Translations under genes and position numbers: made by a program
Part shown: positions 26,589 through 36,880 of the stretch, piece after piece
Numbering within the stretch: the stretch's first letter is position 1
Layout: each line of letters starts with the position of its first letter
Origin: Limisphaerales bacterium
GTDB taxonomy: Bacteria; Verrucomicrobiota; Verrucomicrobiia; Limisphaerales; AAA164-E04
Length of the DNA: 64,000 nucleotides
NCBI GenBank assembly: GCA_965204945.1
Contig: OZ242022.1
Coordinates: 3,554,333 to 3,618,332, forward strand
Direction of reading: 5' to 3'
Notes under the pieces: generated by a model
The model's input: only the letters and a program-made list of their open reading frames with translations
Told to the model about the DNA's origin: nothing
Databases searched by the model: none

Positions 26589-28204
26589 AGTTTTTTCTTG
26601 GCAGCCGTTTTGGCTCGTTTTTTCTTGGCGGCGATTGTTTTTGCCGCGGTCTTCTTCGTCAGTGTTTTTTTGGATTCCTTTTTCTTTGCCGTTGCGCGGC
26701 GCCGTGCCGACGCGGTTGCACTTAGTTTTTCTACGGCTTTGGGAACTTCCGCATTGGGAAGCCAACTCAGAATTCTTTTCTCGCCGCAGAAGAACGCCCG
26801 ATAGCCGATTCGCTCGATATTCGCAAGGAACAAGAGACTGCTTCCCGCTAAAAGCAACCAGCCAAAGAACGCCAAGCGGTTGAAAATCACCGTCCAGTCC
26901 ATGATCGCGGCAAAGGGAATCAAAATGGAAGTATGGCTCATTTCTTTGCCCTGAATCAAACCGCCCGCCCCGTTGACGGCGATAACCAAGCCCCATCCAA
27001 GCGCGGCGACCCAGAAGTGCCAATTCACCAACTTGCGGTCCGGCCATTCCGCGTCGAGAATTCGAGGCAGCAGATAGTAGGCGATTCCAAAAACAGCCAT
27101 TGAGAAAAATCCTCCCAAGACCAATTGATTCAACGCGGTCAACACCATCGTAAACTGCGTAAGATCGGCAACCCCTTTAAGCGCGTTGACGGCGCCTAAA
27201 ATGCCGGCCAGAAGGAAAGAGAGCAAACTGACGGAAACAAAGCGAAAATCCGGGTGCCACAAGCGATGCATTTGATTTCCCATCGTCAAATAAAGGTTCC
27301 AGCCAATCATAATCGCGGCAAAACAGACGAAAAAGGACATGACCGTGCTCAGACCGGAAATCCAGGAAGGAACCGTCGTTCCAGAAAGGATTCCCGCCCC
27401 GTTGCCAAAGAACAACAACAACCAGAACGAAAACAAAGCCAGGTAGCGGCTGTGGAGGGGACGGCGGAGCAATTTGGGAATGAGATAAAAAATGACGGCC
27501 AATCCAACGCTCCCCAACACTAAGGTCTTCAACCCGGCCGCATACCAACCGGCAATCACCGCCTGGGCAACCCCGCGTACGGGATAGAAATGCAACAACA
27601 AGCCGGCGGCGCTGAAAATCCACGGAAACCAAAGCAAGGCCGCAAAGAGAAACCATTGAGAAATATAAAGTTCCCCTGCCCGCCTGCGCCAGAAGGTCAC
27701 AAAAGCCAAGCCGCCAACGATGGAATAAGCGACGAAGAGAATGGGGACGGCGTATTTTGGAATCTCGAACAACTCATACGACGAGGCGCCGTCGCTCGCC
27801 AAAATTCCCACAACCCCCGCCAAAACGCCGAAGTTCCAAAAGGCAACCCCTAGACAAACATAGCCGGGTTGCGCGAGAGCCGTCCGTCCCATCCGCACCA
27901 GTAGCCAAAGAGCCGCGCCCATAGCCGATTGGAGGGCGAAGCCATAGATAAACGCCGCATTCTCCGCCGCTCGAACTCGCCCAAAAGTCAACCAAGAATA
28001 ATGAGAGAGAAAGTCGGGATCATAAAACCGAAAGGAATTAAGCAGGGCAAACAACGACCCCAGAAACAGCCATCCGGCCGACTTCCAGAGCAAGAACAAA
28101 ACCGGCATCCGACAAGATCGATCCAATTCCCGGACCGAAGTTTCCTTGCTCAAATCCACGGACGCCGCGCTCGAATCCCTAGCTATACTGTCTGTTTCGA
28201 TCAT
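26585..28204 (-). CDS. CcoN (cbb3 subunit I)-like polytopic protein lacking the canonical His ligands; Lys-rich C-terminal tail
   Basis: About 12 hydrophobic helices with FixN/CcoN-like framework strings (WLTFGRVR, GWY, FYLIPKLLRRP, MHRLWHPDFRF, VNWHFW). The ligand positions read AENA, WYAAG, GAGIL and TALNQLV instead of LHTN, WYGHN, GPHHL and GHVHAG. The ATG at 28204 is preferred; the ORF extends to 28279. Confidence 0.75.
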   Translation of the reverse strand: MIETDSIARDSSAASVDLSKETSVRELDRSCRMPVLFLLWKSAGWLFLGSLFALLNSFRFYDPDFLSHYSWLTFGRVRAAENAAFIYGFALQSAMGAALWLLVRMGRTALAQPGYVCLGVAFWNFGVLAGVVGILASDGASSYELFEIPKYAVPILFVAYSIVGGLAFVTFWRRRAGELYISQWFLFAALLWFPWIFSAAGLLLHFYPVRGVAQAVIAGWYAAGLKTLVLGSVGLAVIFYLIPKLLRRPLHSRYLALFSFWLLLFFGNGAGILSGTTVPSWISGLSTVMSFFVCFAAIMIGWNLYLTMGNQMHRLWHPDFRFVSVSLLSFLLAGILGAVNALKGVADLTQFTMVLTALNQLVLGGFFSMAVFGIAYYLLPRILDAEWPDRKLVNWHFWVAALGWGLVIAVNGAGGLIQGKEMSHTSILIPFAAIMDWTVIFNRLAFFGWLLLAGSSLLFLANIERIGYRAFFCGEKRILSWLPNAEVPKAVEKLSATASARRRATAKKKESKKTLTKKTAAKTIAAKKKRAKTAAKKKL

Positions 28205-28226
28205 GAGTCTTTTCGACTTATCGACG

Positions 28227-28607
28227 CTATTCAAATTCGCTGGGAGTTTCCAGCGGAGGCGACGGAGGCGCGACGGCAAGATCCACTCGTTCCGCCATCC
28301 TTTGCCGCGCCTTTTCTGGTTGTTTCCATTCTTGAATCATCATTTGGACGGCTTGATCTATTGGCATCCTATAAATGCCTTTTTCGGCGTTGACTACGCC
28401 GTAGCTCATCAACATTTCCTCTTCGGCAGATCGCAGTTCCGCCAAATTTGCTTTCCGAAGCTTTGCCCGCTCGGCGCCGATGGACGGAGGTCTGGTAGAC
28501 TCCCAGGTCAGCCGAAGCAGCGCGGCCATAGCGCAAAACAAACCAACGGCTAACAGAAAGCGAAGAAAGACGCCGCCTTTGTTTCCGTCGATTTTCAACG
28601 TTCTCAT
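28227..28607 (-). CDS. Small single-TM membrane protein (ActG-like position)
   Basis: 126 aa from the ATG at 28607, 11 nt after the actF stop. One TM (VFLRFLLAVGLFCAMAALL). The assignment rests only on its position between actF and the CcoN-like gene. Confidence 0.45.
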   Translation of the reverse strand: MRTLKIDGNKGGVFLRFLLAVGLFCAMAALLRLTWESTRPPSIGAERAKLRKANLAELRSAEEEMLMSYGVVNAEKGIYRMPIDQAVQMMIQEWKQPEKARQRMAERVDLAVAPPSPPLETPSEFE

Positions 28608-28617
28608 GATAGCGTTG

Positions 28618-29925
28618 TTAGGCTTCATCCACAATTTGATTGCTTGAATTCTTGTTGGACGGTTCTGGAGATGCCGAAAGCGGCCGGACATACATTCCCA
28701 ACGTCTCGGCAATGCGGGGGTCTCGTTGAGGAAAGGGAGGATGCCGGCGCAAGGTCTTGATAAAGTATTTGGCAAACAATCCCGCCATCAGCGACATACT
28801 GCCTAGCCCCCAAAGCAGGCTGGAGGCAAACAACGCGCCATCGCCCGTGGGGTTGTAAACTGGTTTCACGTTGAAGGACATGCAGGCGTAATGCATCAAC
28901 CAAGCCCACATGCACATGGGAATCATCACCGGCAAACATAGTTTGACGTCCAGACGCAGTAAAAAGAGAAAGGGAATAAAGAAGTGACCAAATATAAGAA
29001 GCAAACCTACGCTGTGCCAAACGCCTCGATCTCGCTTCGCATACCAGAAGGTTTCCTCCGGAATGGCCGCATTCCAAATCAAAAAATACTGGGAAAAGTG
29101 GATATAGGCATAGAAAACGGTGAATGCAAAAAAGAGCGTTCCGATGTCTTTGAAAGTGCTCTTTTGAATGATCGGCGCCAGATGTCCCGTTCTTTGTAGC
29201 ACAAGGGCGATTATATAAGTCGTCGCCAAAGTCGTCCACACGCTGCCCGCAAAATAGTAAGCGCCGTACATAGTGGAAAACCACTGATACTCTAAAGATT
29301 TCATCCAATAAAATGCGCCCAAGGTCAACGTGAAGGCAAAGATAAAAATCCCCACGGCGGCGTAACGGCGCATACTAATCGTGCAGGAAGCCGCGCCGGA
29401 TTTATCTTGCTCCAACGATTGCTTGCGCAAACTTCCACCCAGCCACCACCATGCGGCGAACAAAATGCATGATATAAGAAAAAACGAAATCGGATGATAC
29501 ATGATCCGTTTTATTTCCAAGGCATGATCGTGCGCAGGGCTTTCCCAAACCGCCCATGGATAAATCGAGCCGCTCCCTGACAAAACAACTAGCAAGATTG
29601 GCAGAAACAACCCCGCCAAGACCGGAATCGAACAGGCGATGTGTTCTAGAAACCTCCGCAACGGCACTAGCCAATAAGTGTCCAGGAGATGATGAAGAAT
29701 CACAAGGAACAAGGATCCTAAAACCAAGCTCAAGAAAAACATGTAGGCCGTGATATAGGAGGCGGCAAGGGTTTGGTGCAAACGCCAGGCGGGAGGAGAC
29801 CAAAACCCAAGCAAAAGCCCCAAGAGGAGTAGCAAGCCTCCCATGATGGCCAACCGATCCGGCCATTTTGCCCATTTCGACAAATCAAGACGGTCTTCGT
29901 TTTTGGATTTCATCGACTGGCTCAT
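28618..29925 (-). CDS. actF: Alternative Complex III subunit ActF (polytopic membrane subunit)
   Basis: 435-aa multi-pass membrane ORF directly after actE, in the canonical actABCDEF order. Confidence 0.75.
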   Translation of the reverse strand: MSQSMKSKNEDRLDLSKWAKWPDRLAIMGGLLLLLGLLLGFWSPPAWRLHQTLAASYITAYMFFLSLVLGSLFLVILHHLLDTYWLVPLRRFLEHIACSIPVLAGLFLPILLVVLSGSGSIYPWAVWESPAHDHALEIKRIMYHPISFFLISCILFAAWWWLGGSLRKQSLEQDKSGAASCTISMRRYAAVGIFIFAFTLTLGAFYWMKSLEYQWFSTMYGAYYFAGSVWTTLATTYIIALVLQRTGHLAPIIQKSTFKDIGTLFFAFTVFYAYIHFSQYFLIWNAAIPEETFWYAKRDRGVWHSVGLLLIFGHFFIPFLFLLRLDVKLCLPVMIPMCMWAWLMHYACMSFNVKPVYNPTGDGALFASSLLWGLGSMSLMAGLFAKYFIKTLRRHPPFPQRDPRIAETLGMYVRPLSASPEPSNKNSSNQIVDEA

Positions 29926-29928
29926 TTT

Positions 29929-30546
29929 TCAATTCTGCCGCAAAGCGGCGCGTTCGTCTTCGGGAAGTTCTTCCGCGATTGCCAAGCGGGATCGTTGCAA
30001 GGCTCTCATATAGGCCACAATGGCCCAGCGGTCGGCAATGTCGATCGCCGCGCCGTAAGCCCCCATTAAGTTTTTGCCGTGAGTGATGGTATGGAAAATT
30101 TCTCCGGCCGACATTTTGACGAGACGCGGGTCATGAAAGTTGGCGACGGCCACCATTCCATATTTTGTGATAATTCCCTTTCCGTCCCCCGCCGCGCCGT
30201 GGCAGGGGGCGCAGTGGATGGTGTAGCGTTGCCGTCCGCGATTCAAGAGCGTCTCTTCCACCGGCAAGGGAATTGTGTCGACAAAGTTTGTCGAGCCTGA
30301 AACGCGTCCCGTGTTCACCGGCCAGTCTTGATAAGCGTCGCCCCGCGCAACGGTTCCTTCCACGTAAAGTTGCGAGCTGCGTCTGTTTTCGAAGAATTCG
30401 TTTCCGGACTGGGGGCGCAGCTTGATTTGTCTGTCCATGTCTGGGAAGACCTCCCGCGGCGGTTTGGCCGACTTTGCGCCGCGAAAGCCGGCGATGCTGA
30501 CGACGGCGACGATAATCAAGATGTAAACGGCAAGAAAACAGCGCAT
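29929..30546 (-). CDS. actE: Alternative Complex III subunit ActE (monoheme cytochrome c)
   Basis: N-terminal anchor, a single CAPCHG heme site, and the typical ...HTITHGKNLMGAYG... (Met ligand region). Confidence 0.8.
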   Translation of the reverse strand: MRCFLAVYILIIVAVVSIAGFRGAKSAKPPREVFPDMDRQIKLRPQSGNEFFENRRSSQLYVEGTVARGDAYQDWPVNTGRVSGSTNFVDTIPLPVEETLLNRGRQRYTIHCAPCHGAAGDGKGIITKYGMVAVANFHDPRLVKMSAGEIFHTITHGKNLMGAYGAAIDIADRWAIVAYMRALQRSRLAIAEELPEDERAALRQN

Positions 30547-30551
30547 TCTTC

Positions 30552-31088
30552 CTACTCCTCCACAATCTCCAAATGGCTGCTACCCGCTTTCAAGAGCAGC
30601 GCACGGGTTTTTTCCTCGTCGTATTCTGGGTCGGCGCATTCGATGACAACGTAGAATTTGTCATGGGTTGCGTTTGCAAAGCGCCGATTTTTCAAAAGCG
30701 GATGATGCAGGCGCGGCAAGCGATTCAGAAACAGCATTCCAAAGAGGGATCCGAAGGCGGCCAGCAAAATGGTCAACTCAAAACCCACCGGAAAAGCGGA
30801 AAAAGGACTGAAAAGAGGCTTTCCTCCGACGGCAATTCCGTAGTCGGCGGAGTTCATAAACCAGATCATCCAGTTGCCTCCAAAGTATCCAATCATGCCG
30901 CCGCAAATGGTAAACCAGCCGACTGGGGAGTTTTTCAAGCCCATGGCCTTGTCCATGCCGTGAACGGGAAAGGGGGTGTGAACGTCCCATCGAGTGTAGC
31001 CCGCATTCCTGATGTTGGAGGCCGCCTCCATCACTGAAGCGGGGGTGTCAAACTCGGCCAGAACGCCGTATTGCCTTCCTTCGCTCAT
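30552..31088 (-). CDS. actD: Alternative Complex III subunit ActD (DUF3341)
   Basis: YGVLAEFDTPASVMEAASNIRNAGYTRWDVHTPFPVHG is the DUF3341 signature, followed by two TM helices. The ATG at 31088 lies 4 nt after the actC stop; the ORF extends to 31118. Confidence 0.8.
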   Translation of the reverse strand: MSEGRQYGVLAEFDTPASVMEAASNIRNAGYTRWDVHTPFPVHGMDKAMGLKNSPVGWFTICGGMIGYFGGNWMIWFMNSADYGIAVGGKPLFSPFSAFPVGFELTILLAAFGSLFGMLFLNRLPRLHHPLLKNRRFANATHDKFYVVIECADPEYDEEKTRALLLKAGSSHLEIVEE

Positions 31089-31092
31089 TTGC

Positions 31093-32517
31093 TCAGTGTT
31101 TTTTTCCTTTCCGTCCACCTTGCGGATGATGCGGGTCCGCCTGAGGAGTCACGCCTTTGACTTCCGAAATCGCAATCAACGGCAGAAACCGCACAAACAG
31201 CAGGAACAGAGCCATAAAAAACCCCAAGGTTCCAACATACGTCAATACGTCGACAACGGTTGGCGAGTAATGTCCCCAGTTAGCCGGAAGATAATCCCGA
31301 TGCAGGGAAGTCACCACGATGACGAAACGCTCAAACCACATGCCCACGTTCACTAAAATCGACAGAGCAAAGACCCAGACCATGTGGGTTCGAATCTTCT
31401 TGAACCAGAAAAATTGCGGAACCAGCACGTTGCAGGAGATCATAATCCAATAAGCCCACCAATACGGCCCGAAGGCTCGATTCTGAAAGGCGTACGCTTC
31501 ATAAGGATTTCCGCCGTACCAAGCGATGAAGACTTCCATTCCGTAGGCGTATCCGACGATGCATCCGGTTGCCAGAGTGACTTTGCACATCAATTCAATG
31601 TGCCGCACGGTGATTACGTCTTCCAGCTTGAGGAGCGAACGAAGCGGTATCAGCAGGGTAAGCACCATGCCAAAGCCGGAGAAAATGGCGCCGGCAACGA
31701 AATACGGAGGGAAAATTGTGGTATGCCAGCCCGGCAGCTGCGACACGGCAAAGTCAAAGGAAACGATGCTGTGCACCGACAACACTAGCGGCGTCGAAAG
31801 AGCGGCCAGCAGAAGATAAGCCTTCTCATAGTGACTCCAATGCCGGTTGGATCCCGTCCAACCCAACGAAAACAGCCCGTAGAAAAACTTGCGCGTCATG
31901 GTTTTGGCGCGGTCTCGAATGGTCGCCAAATCGGGAATCAAACCCATATACCAGAAAAGAAGCGAGACCGTGAAGTAAGTGGACACCGCAAACACGTCCC
32001 ATAAAAGAGGAGAGCGGAACTGCGGCCAAACGGGGCCTTGCGAATTAGGCAAGGGAAAAAGCCACCACGCAAACCAGATGCGCCCCACGTGAATGGCTGG
32101 AAAAATGCCGGCGCACATCACGGCGAAAATCGTCATCGCCTCCGCCGCCCGGTTGATGGAAGTGCGCCATCTTTGCCGCAGAAGGAACAGAATGGCAGAA
32201 ATCAACGTGCCGGCATGGCCGATGCCGATCCACCAAACGAAGTTGACGATGGCCCAACCCCAAGCGACCGGATGATTGACGCCCCATACACCTACGCCGA
32301 CCGAGATGAGATAGCCGATCATAAGGAAGCAAAGAATCGCAATCGGCAGACTGGTTAGAAAGGCAATCCACCACCAAGATGGCGTCTTGCCTTCCACAAT
32401 CCCCGAAATTCGATCCGACAGCCAGCCCAATGAGCGGTTGTTGGAGACTAACGGCTCTCGCTCCAACTCGCGCGGCGCCGGCGCAATAGAAAGCTTGTCG
32501 TGCGTTTGCCCAGTCAT
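31093..32517 (-). CDS. actC: Alternative Complex III subunit ActC (NrfD/PsrC-like quinol-interacting membrane subunit)
   Basis: About 10 TM helices and NrfD-like strings ([26 protein letters not shown]). The ATG at 32517 lies 4 nt after the actB stop; an alternative GTG is at 32547. Confidence 0.85.
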   Translation of the reverse strand: MTGQTHDKLSIAPAPRELEREPLVSNNRSLGWLSDRISGIVEGKTPSWWWIAFLTSLPIAILCFLMIGYLISVGVGVWGVNHPVAWGWAIVNFVWWIGIGHAGTLISAILFLLRQRWRTSINRAAEAMTIFAVMCAGIFPAIHVGRIWFAWWLFPLPNSQGPVWPQFRSPLLWDVFAVSTYFTVSLLFWYMGLIPDLATIRDRAKTMTRKFFYGLFSLGWTGSNRHWSHYEKAYLLLAALSTPLVLSVHSIVSFDFAVSQLPGWHTTIFPPYFVAGAIFSGFGMVLTLLIPLRSLLKLEDVITVRHIELMCKVTLATGCIVGYAYGMEVFIAWYGGNPYEAYAFQNRAFGPYWWAYWIMISCNVLVPQFFWFKKIRTHMVWVFALSILVNVGMWFERFVIVVTSLHRDYLPANWGHYSPTVVDVLTYVGTLGFFMALFLLFVRFLPLIAISEVKGVTPQADPHHPQGGRKGKKH

Positions 32518-32521
32518 CGCT

Positions 32522-35500
32522 CTAGTGATGCCCTTCGACTTCTCCACTCGTCGAAACGCCTTGGTCGCCTCGATGATGCCCTTCGATATGCGGCGATCCG
32601 TGGGAATCGAAGGGGTTTCCCATGCTTTCCGAGTATTCCATCGTGCTCAACGGAGTCTCATGATAGTCGGGCATTTCAGGATTCGGGTTGCGAACTTTGG
32701 CCAGATAGGTCGTTCTTGGACGGGTATCCAGAAAGCCCAAAACCGCATAATTTCTTGGATTTGCCTTCATCTTGGATACTCGGCTCTTTGGCCGGCCAAT
32801 TGTGTTGCCAAAGACGATGGCGTCCGCCGGGCAGGCTTGTTCGCAAGCGGTTTGAATGGTTCCGTCTGGAACGGCGATTTCGCCGGAGTCTCGCGCCGCC
32901 ACTTTTCGCTGAATTTTTGCCGCTTCAATTCGCTGAACGCAAAAGGTGCATTTCTCCATCACGCCGCGCATCCGCACGGAAACGTCGGGGTTTTTGGCCA
33001 AGGCGGCTAAATCTAAATCGTTTTTTCCCCGCTTGGCCAAGGGGCCTTGGTAGAGGGCTTCCAGAGGCCTCTTATTGTAGTCAAAAAAGTTGAACCGCCG
33101 CACCTTCCAAGCGCAGTTGTTGGAACAGTATCGCGTTCCCACGCAACGATTGTAGGCCATGACGTTCAAGCCTTCGTGGTCGTGGACGGTGGCGTTCACG
33201 GGGCAGACGCTTTCGCAAGGCGCGCTCTCGCAGTGCTGGCAAAGCATGGGCTGGCTGACTACCTGAGGATTGTCGATCCAAGATTGGCGCTGATACTCGC
33301 CGTCCGCCTCCAGTCCGCTGAGTTCGGCTTTGGCCTCGGGGCCGCCGCTGTAATAGCGGTCAATGCGCAACCAATGCATCTCCCGGCTCTTGGCCACTTG
33401 CTCTTTGCCGACGATGGGGATGTTGTTTTCGCTTTGGCAAGCCGCGACGCAAGCGGAACAACCGATGCAACGGTTGAGATCAATGGCCATGCCCCACTGG
33501 TGAATCTCGCTCTTGAGCGATCCCCGCTCTTCGTAAGGATGCGGATACAGAGGGAGAGGCTTGCCATCCGCGCCGTGCGTGTGTTCCCCGTGCGCTTCCA
33601 AACCCATGTTGCGGGCAAAGTTCGGTTTTTCGTGGAACTGCTTGAGGTTCGCCTCGCGCACGATGGCCCTGCCTTCCATCGACCAATGATCCTGCGTCGC
33701 CACCAGCTTGTGTTTGCGTCCCGTCGGAGAAATCGACGCTCCCGAAACGACGTAGACGCCTTCGCTACGCCGAATGGGATACACGTCGAATCCGACTGCT
33801 CGGCCTTTGAATCGTCCAATACGACCTGACTTTGCCCGACCGTAGCCTAAGGCCAGCCCGACGGAAAAGTCCGCCATTCCGGGTTGCACCAACGCGGGAC
33901 CAAGCACCGAATTTCCCAATTTTCCGCCCGCAGGAATCCGAATTTGGACGACGTCGCCATTGGACACGCTTAATTCAGAGGCAGTCTTTCGGCTCATGAC
34001 GACGGCGTTGTCCCATGTGAGTTTTGTGATTGGATCGGGCAACTCCTGCATCCAGCCGTTGTTGTTGAATCGGCCGTCGTCCATGCTGGCGTCCCGATGA
34101 AACACCACTTCAATTTCTTCCCGACTCGGCAACGGCGCGGGGGACTCGTTGGCAAGCGCCGCCCTTACTTCATTCCATTGAAATTCTCCAACAGCAACAA
34201 CTGGGGCGGCGCTGCCGTCGACAAAGCCGTCGTGAAGAAAAGTCTTCCACTCCTCTTCGCCGGCATCGTCCACTTCGGCGGCAAACGCGTCGCGAACCAA
34301 AGTGTGCGGGCGCGGGTCTTCCCGTTGGATCAACCTCGCCAAAAGCTCAATTTCCGTTAATCCACCAAACAATGGAGCAATCAGGGGTTGCACCGTCGTT
34401 CGCGTTCCGTCGCCGGTTTGCGCGTCGCCCCAGGATTCCAAAAAGTGCAATTCCGGCAGATGCCACGCCGCGCCTTCGGAGCTTTCGTCGACGTGATAGC
34501 CAAGCCGAATCACCTCGCCCGCCTTCTTTACGGAATCAGTCCAACGCATGCCCGCCGGCGCGTCGTAAGCGGGATTGCCGCCGAGGATGACCAAAGTTTC
34601 CACCAAATTGCTTTCCAAAGACTCTTGAAGTTCGCCGATCGTTCCCGCCGCTTTTTCTTGCGGGTCGGCAACGAAGTTCAGCGTTTGCCCGATGTTGCCC
34701 AGCGCGTGGTTCAGCGCCAGCGCCATTAGATGCACGGCGAGCGATTGACGATAGCCGGCCACAACCAGCGAGCGGCCGCGATGGGCATTTAGATCCCGCA
34801 ACGCTTCTTTGACCCAGTTTTTTGTGTCATCTTGTTGGATTTCTTTAGTCTGCTCTTCCAGTTTTCGCCGCAACTCTGAAGCAATGCGAGAGGCGCCCGC
34901 CGGCAAGTTTTCTCCTTCCAGCATCGCATGCAGAAAAGCGGCGGCAATCGGTTGCACCACGCCCGTCGGCACGCGGAGACGATGGTCCGCATTCGAACCA
35001 GTCAGCGTCATTAACCCTTCCACCGCGTAAAGGCGGTTCATTGTGTCGCCGGCTTTTTCCACTGCGCGGCGGTCTGCCCATCCTTTGACGTGGAGGCAGG
35101 CGTCTTCTTCGCCGCCCAAAAAGTCGCAATCCAAAGAAAGGATTCGTTCGGCCTTGTCAAAGTGGAGGCGGGGAGTGAGCGGTCGTCCGAAGGCCAGCGA
35201 GGCCGCTTCTGCCGAGCGTTTGAAGCTGACCGGCTCATACTCGTGCCATTTCGCCTGAGGCAACTTCTTTTCAAACAGAGATCGCAACCGTCGGCGGGTG
35301 GGTGAACTGGATTCCCTGCATAACAAGCGCAGTCCCCGGCCTTGTTTCTGGGCGTGTTTCTCAGCAATCTCCGCCAAGCGCGCCAACGAGGCTTCTTCTG
35401 AGACTGGCTTTCCTTTGTTAAGAAATTGGCGGGATCTGTCCGGGTCGTAAAGGTTTAGGATTGCTGCTTGGGCGAAGGCATCCGTGCCGCCGCCGGACAG

Positions 35501-35908
35501 AGGATGTTGTTTGTTTCCTTCGAGTTTGACTGGGCGTCCGTCCATAGACTTTGCCAACAAGGGAACGGCGTTGCGGCGGGTGGGCATTGCGGTGGCAAAG
35601 TATTTTGCCTTCCCGTGCACGTAGCCTTCGGGCAGTTTCGAGAAGGGAACGATGGTTTCCTCAGGTTTGCGGCATCCGGTCAGGCCGAATCCGGCCAAAA
35701 GAAACGAAGCGGACATCAACTTGACGAAGTCGCGCCGATTCACTTCTCCGGCCGGTTCGGAGGATCCTTCGGGGAACTCGCGGGCGGCCCACTGCCGAAA
35801 CTCGGGCGATTCCGCCAACTCATCCAAACTGCGCCAATACTGCGTCTCGGTTGGCAGTGCTGCTTTTTTCGTGGAGGAAATCGTGATCATCGATGACATG
35901 CCGAACAA
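32522..35908 (-). CDS. actB: Alternative Complex III subunit ActB (fused molybdopterin-oxidoreductase-like + 4Fe-4S ferredoxin domains, Tat signal)
   Basis: Twin-arginine leader [23 protein letters not shown]. The large MopB-like N-terminal part is followed by Cys clusters [36 protein letters not shown] and CTFCVQRI. Confidence 0.9.
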   Translation of the reverse strand: MFGMSSMITISSTKKAALPTETQYWRSLDELAESPEFRQWAAREFPEGSSEPAGEVNRRDFVKLMSASFLLAGFGLTGCRKPEETIVPFSKLPEGYVHGKAKYFATAMPTRRNAVPLLAKSMDGRPVKLEGNKQHPLSGGGTDAFAQAAILNLYDPDRSRQFLNKGKPVSEEASLARLAEIAEKHAQKQGRGLRLLCRESSSPTRRRLRSLFEKKLPQAKWHEYEPVSFKRSAEAASLAFGRPLTPRLHFDKAERILSLDCDFLGGEEDACLHVKGWADRRAVEKAGDTMNRLYAVEGLMTLTGSNADHRLRVPTGVVQPIAAAFLHAMLEGENLPAGASRIASELRRKLEEQTKEIQQDDTKNWVKEALRDLNAHRGRSLVVAGYRQSLAVHLMALALNHALGNIGQTLNFVADPQEKAAGTIGELQESLESNLVETLVILGGNPAYDAPAGMRWTDSVKKAGEVIRLGYHVDESSEGAAWHLPELHFLESWGDAQTGDGTRTTVQPLIAPLFGGLTEIELLARLIQREDPRPHTLVRDAFAAEVDDAGEEEWKTFLHDGFVDGSAAPVVAVGEFQWNEVRAALANESPAPLPSREEIEVVFHRDASMDDGRFNNNGWMQELPDPITKLTWDNAVVMSRKTASELSVSNGDVVQIRIPAGGKLGNSVLGPALVQPGMADFSVGLALGYGRAKSGRIGRFKGRAVGFDVYPIRRSEGVYVVSGASISPTGRKHKLVATQDHWSMEGRAIVREANLKQFHEKPNFARNMGLEAHGEHTHGADGKPLPLYPHPYEERGSLKSEIHQWGMAIDLNRCIGCSACVAACQSENNIPIVGKEQVAKSREMHWLRIDRYYSGGPEAKAELSGLEADGEYQRQSWIDNPQVVSQPMLCQHCESAPCESVCPVNATVHDHEGLNVMAYNRCVGTRYCSNNCAWKVRRFNFFDYNKRPLEALYQGPLAKRGKNDLDLAALAKNPDVSVRMRGVMEKCTFCVQRIEAAKIQRKVAARDSGEIAVPDGTIQTACEQACPADAIVFGNTIGRPKSRVSKMKANPRNYAVLGFLDTRPRTTYLAKVRNPNPEMPDYHETPLSTMEYSESMGNPFDSHGSPHIEGHHRGDQGVSTSGEVEGHH

Positions 35909-36534
35909 TTTACTAAAGACTCAATCCGCCAATCATGAACCAACCGCCCGCCTTGTTCGGCCGGGTCGTCGCTCCAAGTCCAATCCAAGTCCGTGATCTT
36001 CTCCAAGGGGCGAATCTGGCCGGCGGGGTCCCGATGGCATTCCAAACAAAACGCCATGCTAAAAGGCTTTGCGTGATATACCTCGTCCATTTTGTGAACC
36101 GGGCCGTGGCATTCCACGCAGCTGACGCCCCGATTGACGTGAACGGAATGATTGAAATAGACGTAATCAGGCAGTTTGTGGACTTGCACCCAAGGAATGG
36201 CCGCGCCGGAACTTTGGCTTTCGCGCACCAAAGCCAACCGAGGATCTTCCTTAAGCACTTGATTGTGGCAGTTCATGCAAACTGAAGCGGACGGAACGTT
36301 GGAAAACCAGGACTTTTCAACGGCGCTGTGGCAATAACGGCAGTCTAGCCCCAGTTGATCGGCGTGGATGGCGTGAGAAAACGTCACCGGCTGCGTCGGT
36401 TGATATCCGGCGCGAGTGTACTTCGGAGTAAAGTAGTAGGTGACTCCCGCCACAACGGCGACGGCAACAAGGCACAAGCCCGCAATGACTTGACCGGGCA
36501 ACCGATTCGTCCATTTGGGAAAAACGTCGGACAT
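35887..36534 (-). CDS. actA: Alternative Complex III subunit ActA (pentaheme cytochrome c)
   Basis: N-terminal TM anchor plus five CxxCH motifs: CRYCH, CMNCH, CVECH, CLECH, CSACH. Confidence 0.85.
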   Translation of the reverse strand: MSDVFPKWTNRLPGQVIAGLCLVAVAVVAGVTYYFTPKYTRAGYQPTQPVTFSHAIHADQLGLDCRYCHSAVEKSWFSNVPSASVCMNCHNQVLKEDPRLALVRESQSSGAAIPWVQVHKLPDYVYFNHSVHVNRGVSCVECHGPVHKMDEVYHAKPFSMAFCLECHRDPAGQIRPLEKITDLDWTWSDDPAEQGGRLVHDWRIESLVNCSACHR

Positions 36535-36537
36535 TCG

Positions 36538-36705
36538 CTAATCCATCCCAATCAATCGCAAATCGGCGGCCAAATTTGCGCGCTCCAGTCCGTGTTTCTT
36601 TTCCCGGCAATGCTCTTCCGCCAACACACTGCCGCCCAGCACTTCACGACAATTACGGCATTCTCGATAATTCGGCTGCTGTTCCTTGCCCTTTTTCTCC
36701 CTCAT
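36538..36705 (-). CDS. Candidate small Cys-containing protein upstream of actA
   Basis: 55 codons from the ATG at 36705, with AGGAA about 10 nt upstream. Product MREKKGKEQQPNYRECRNCREVLGG...EEHCREKKH (CxxC...HC). Its stop is 1 nt before the actA ATG. No family recognised. Confidence 0.25.
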   Translation of the reverse strand: MREKKGKEQQPNYRECRNCREVLGGSVLAEEHCREKKHGLERANLAADLRLIGMD

Positions 36706-36805
36706 CGAATAATTCCTACTTTCTTTTTCCAGTTCCTTGACTCTATACAACAGCCCCCAAGTATGTCTCCGTCTGTTTCATGATCCGTCTCCAGCTTGAA
36801 AACAT

Positions 36806-36880
36806 TGGAGGCGAGGGTCGGAATCGAACCGACGAATACAGCTTTTGCAGAGCCGTGCCTTACCACTTGGCTACCCCGCC
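36806..36880 (-). tRNA. tRNA-Cys (GCA)
   Basis: Hand-folded cloverleaf: acceptor GGCGGGG/CCTCGCC, anticodon arm CGGCT-CTGCAAA-AGCTG, T-arm GTCGG-TTCGATT-CCGAC, discriminator T, and an encoded CCA. Confidence 0.9.

Noticed and set aside
25683-27047. Upstream-extended versions of real genes in the ORF track. Examples: the 454-aa form of the CcoO-like gene, 9685-10878 (DUF58), 41031-41867 (nuoE), 49454-51346 (nuoM), 51022-52830 (nuoN), 52827-55517 and 45127-46260.
   Set aside because: The extensions overlap the preceding gene out of frame and encode Arg/Pro-rich nonsense. Internal ATG starts sit within a few nt of the upstream stop and begin with proper N-terminal or TM sequences.
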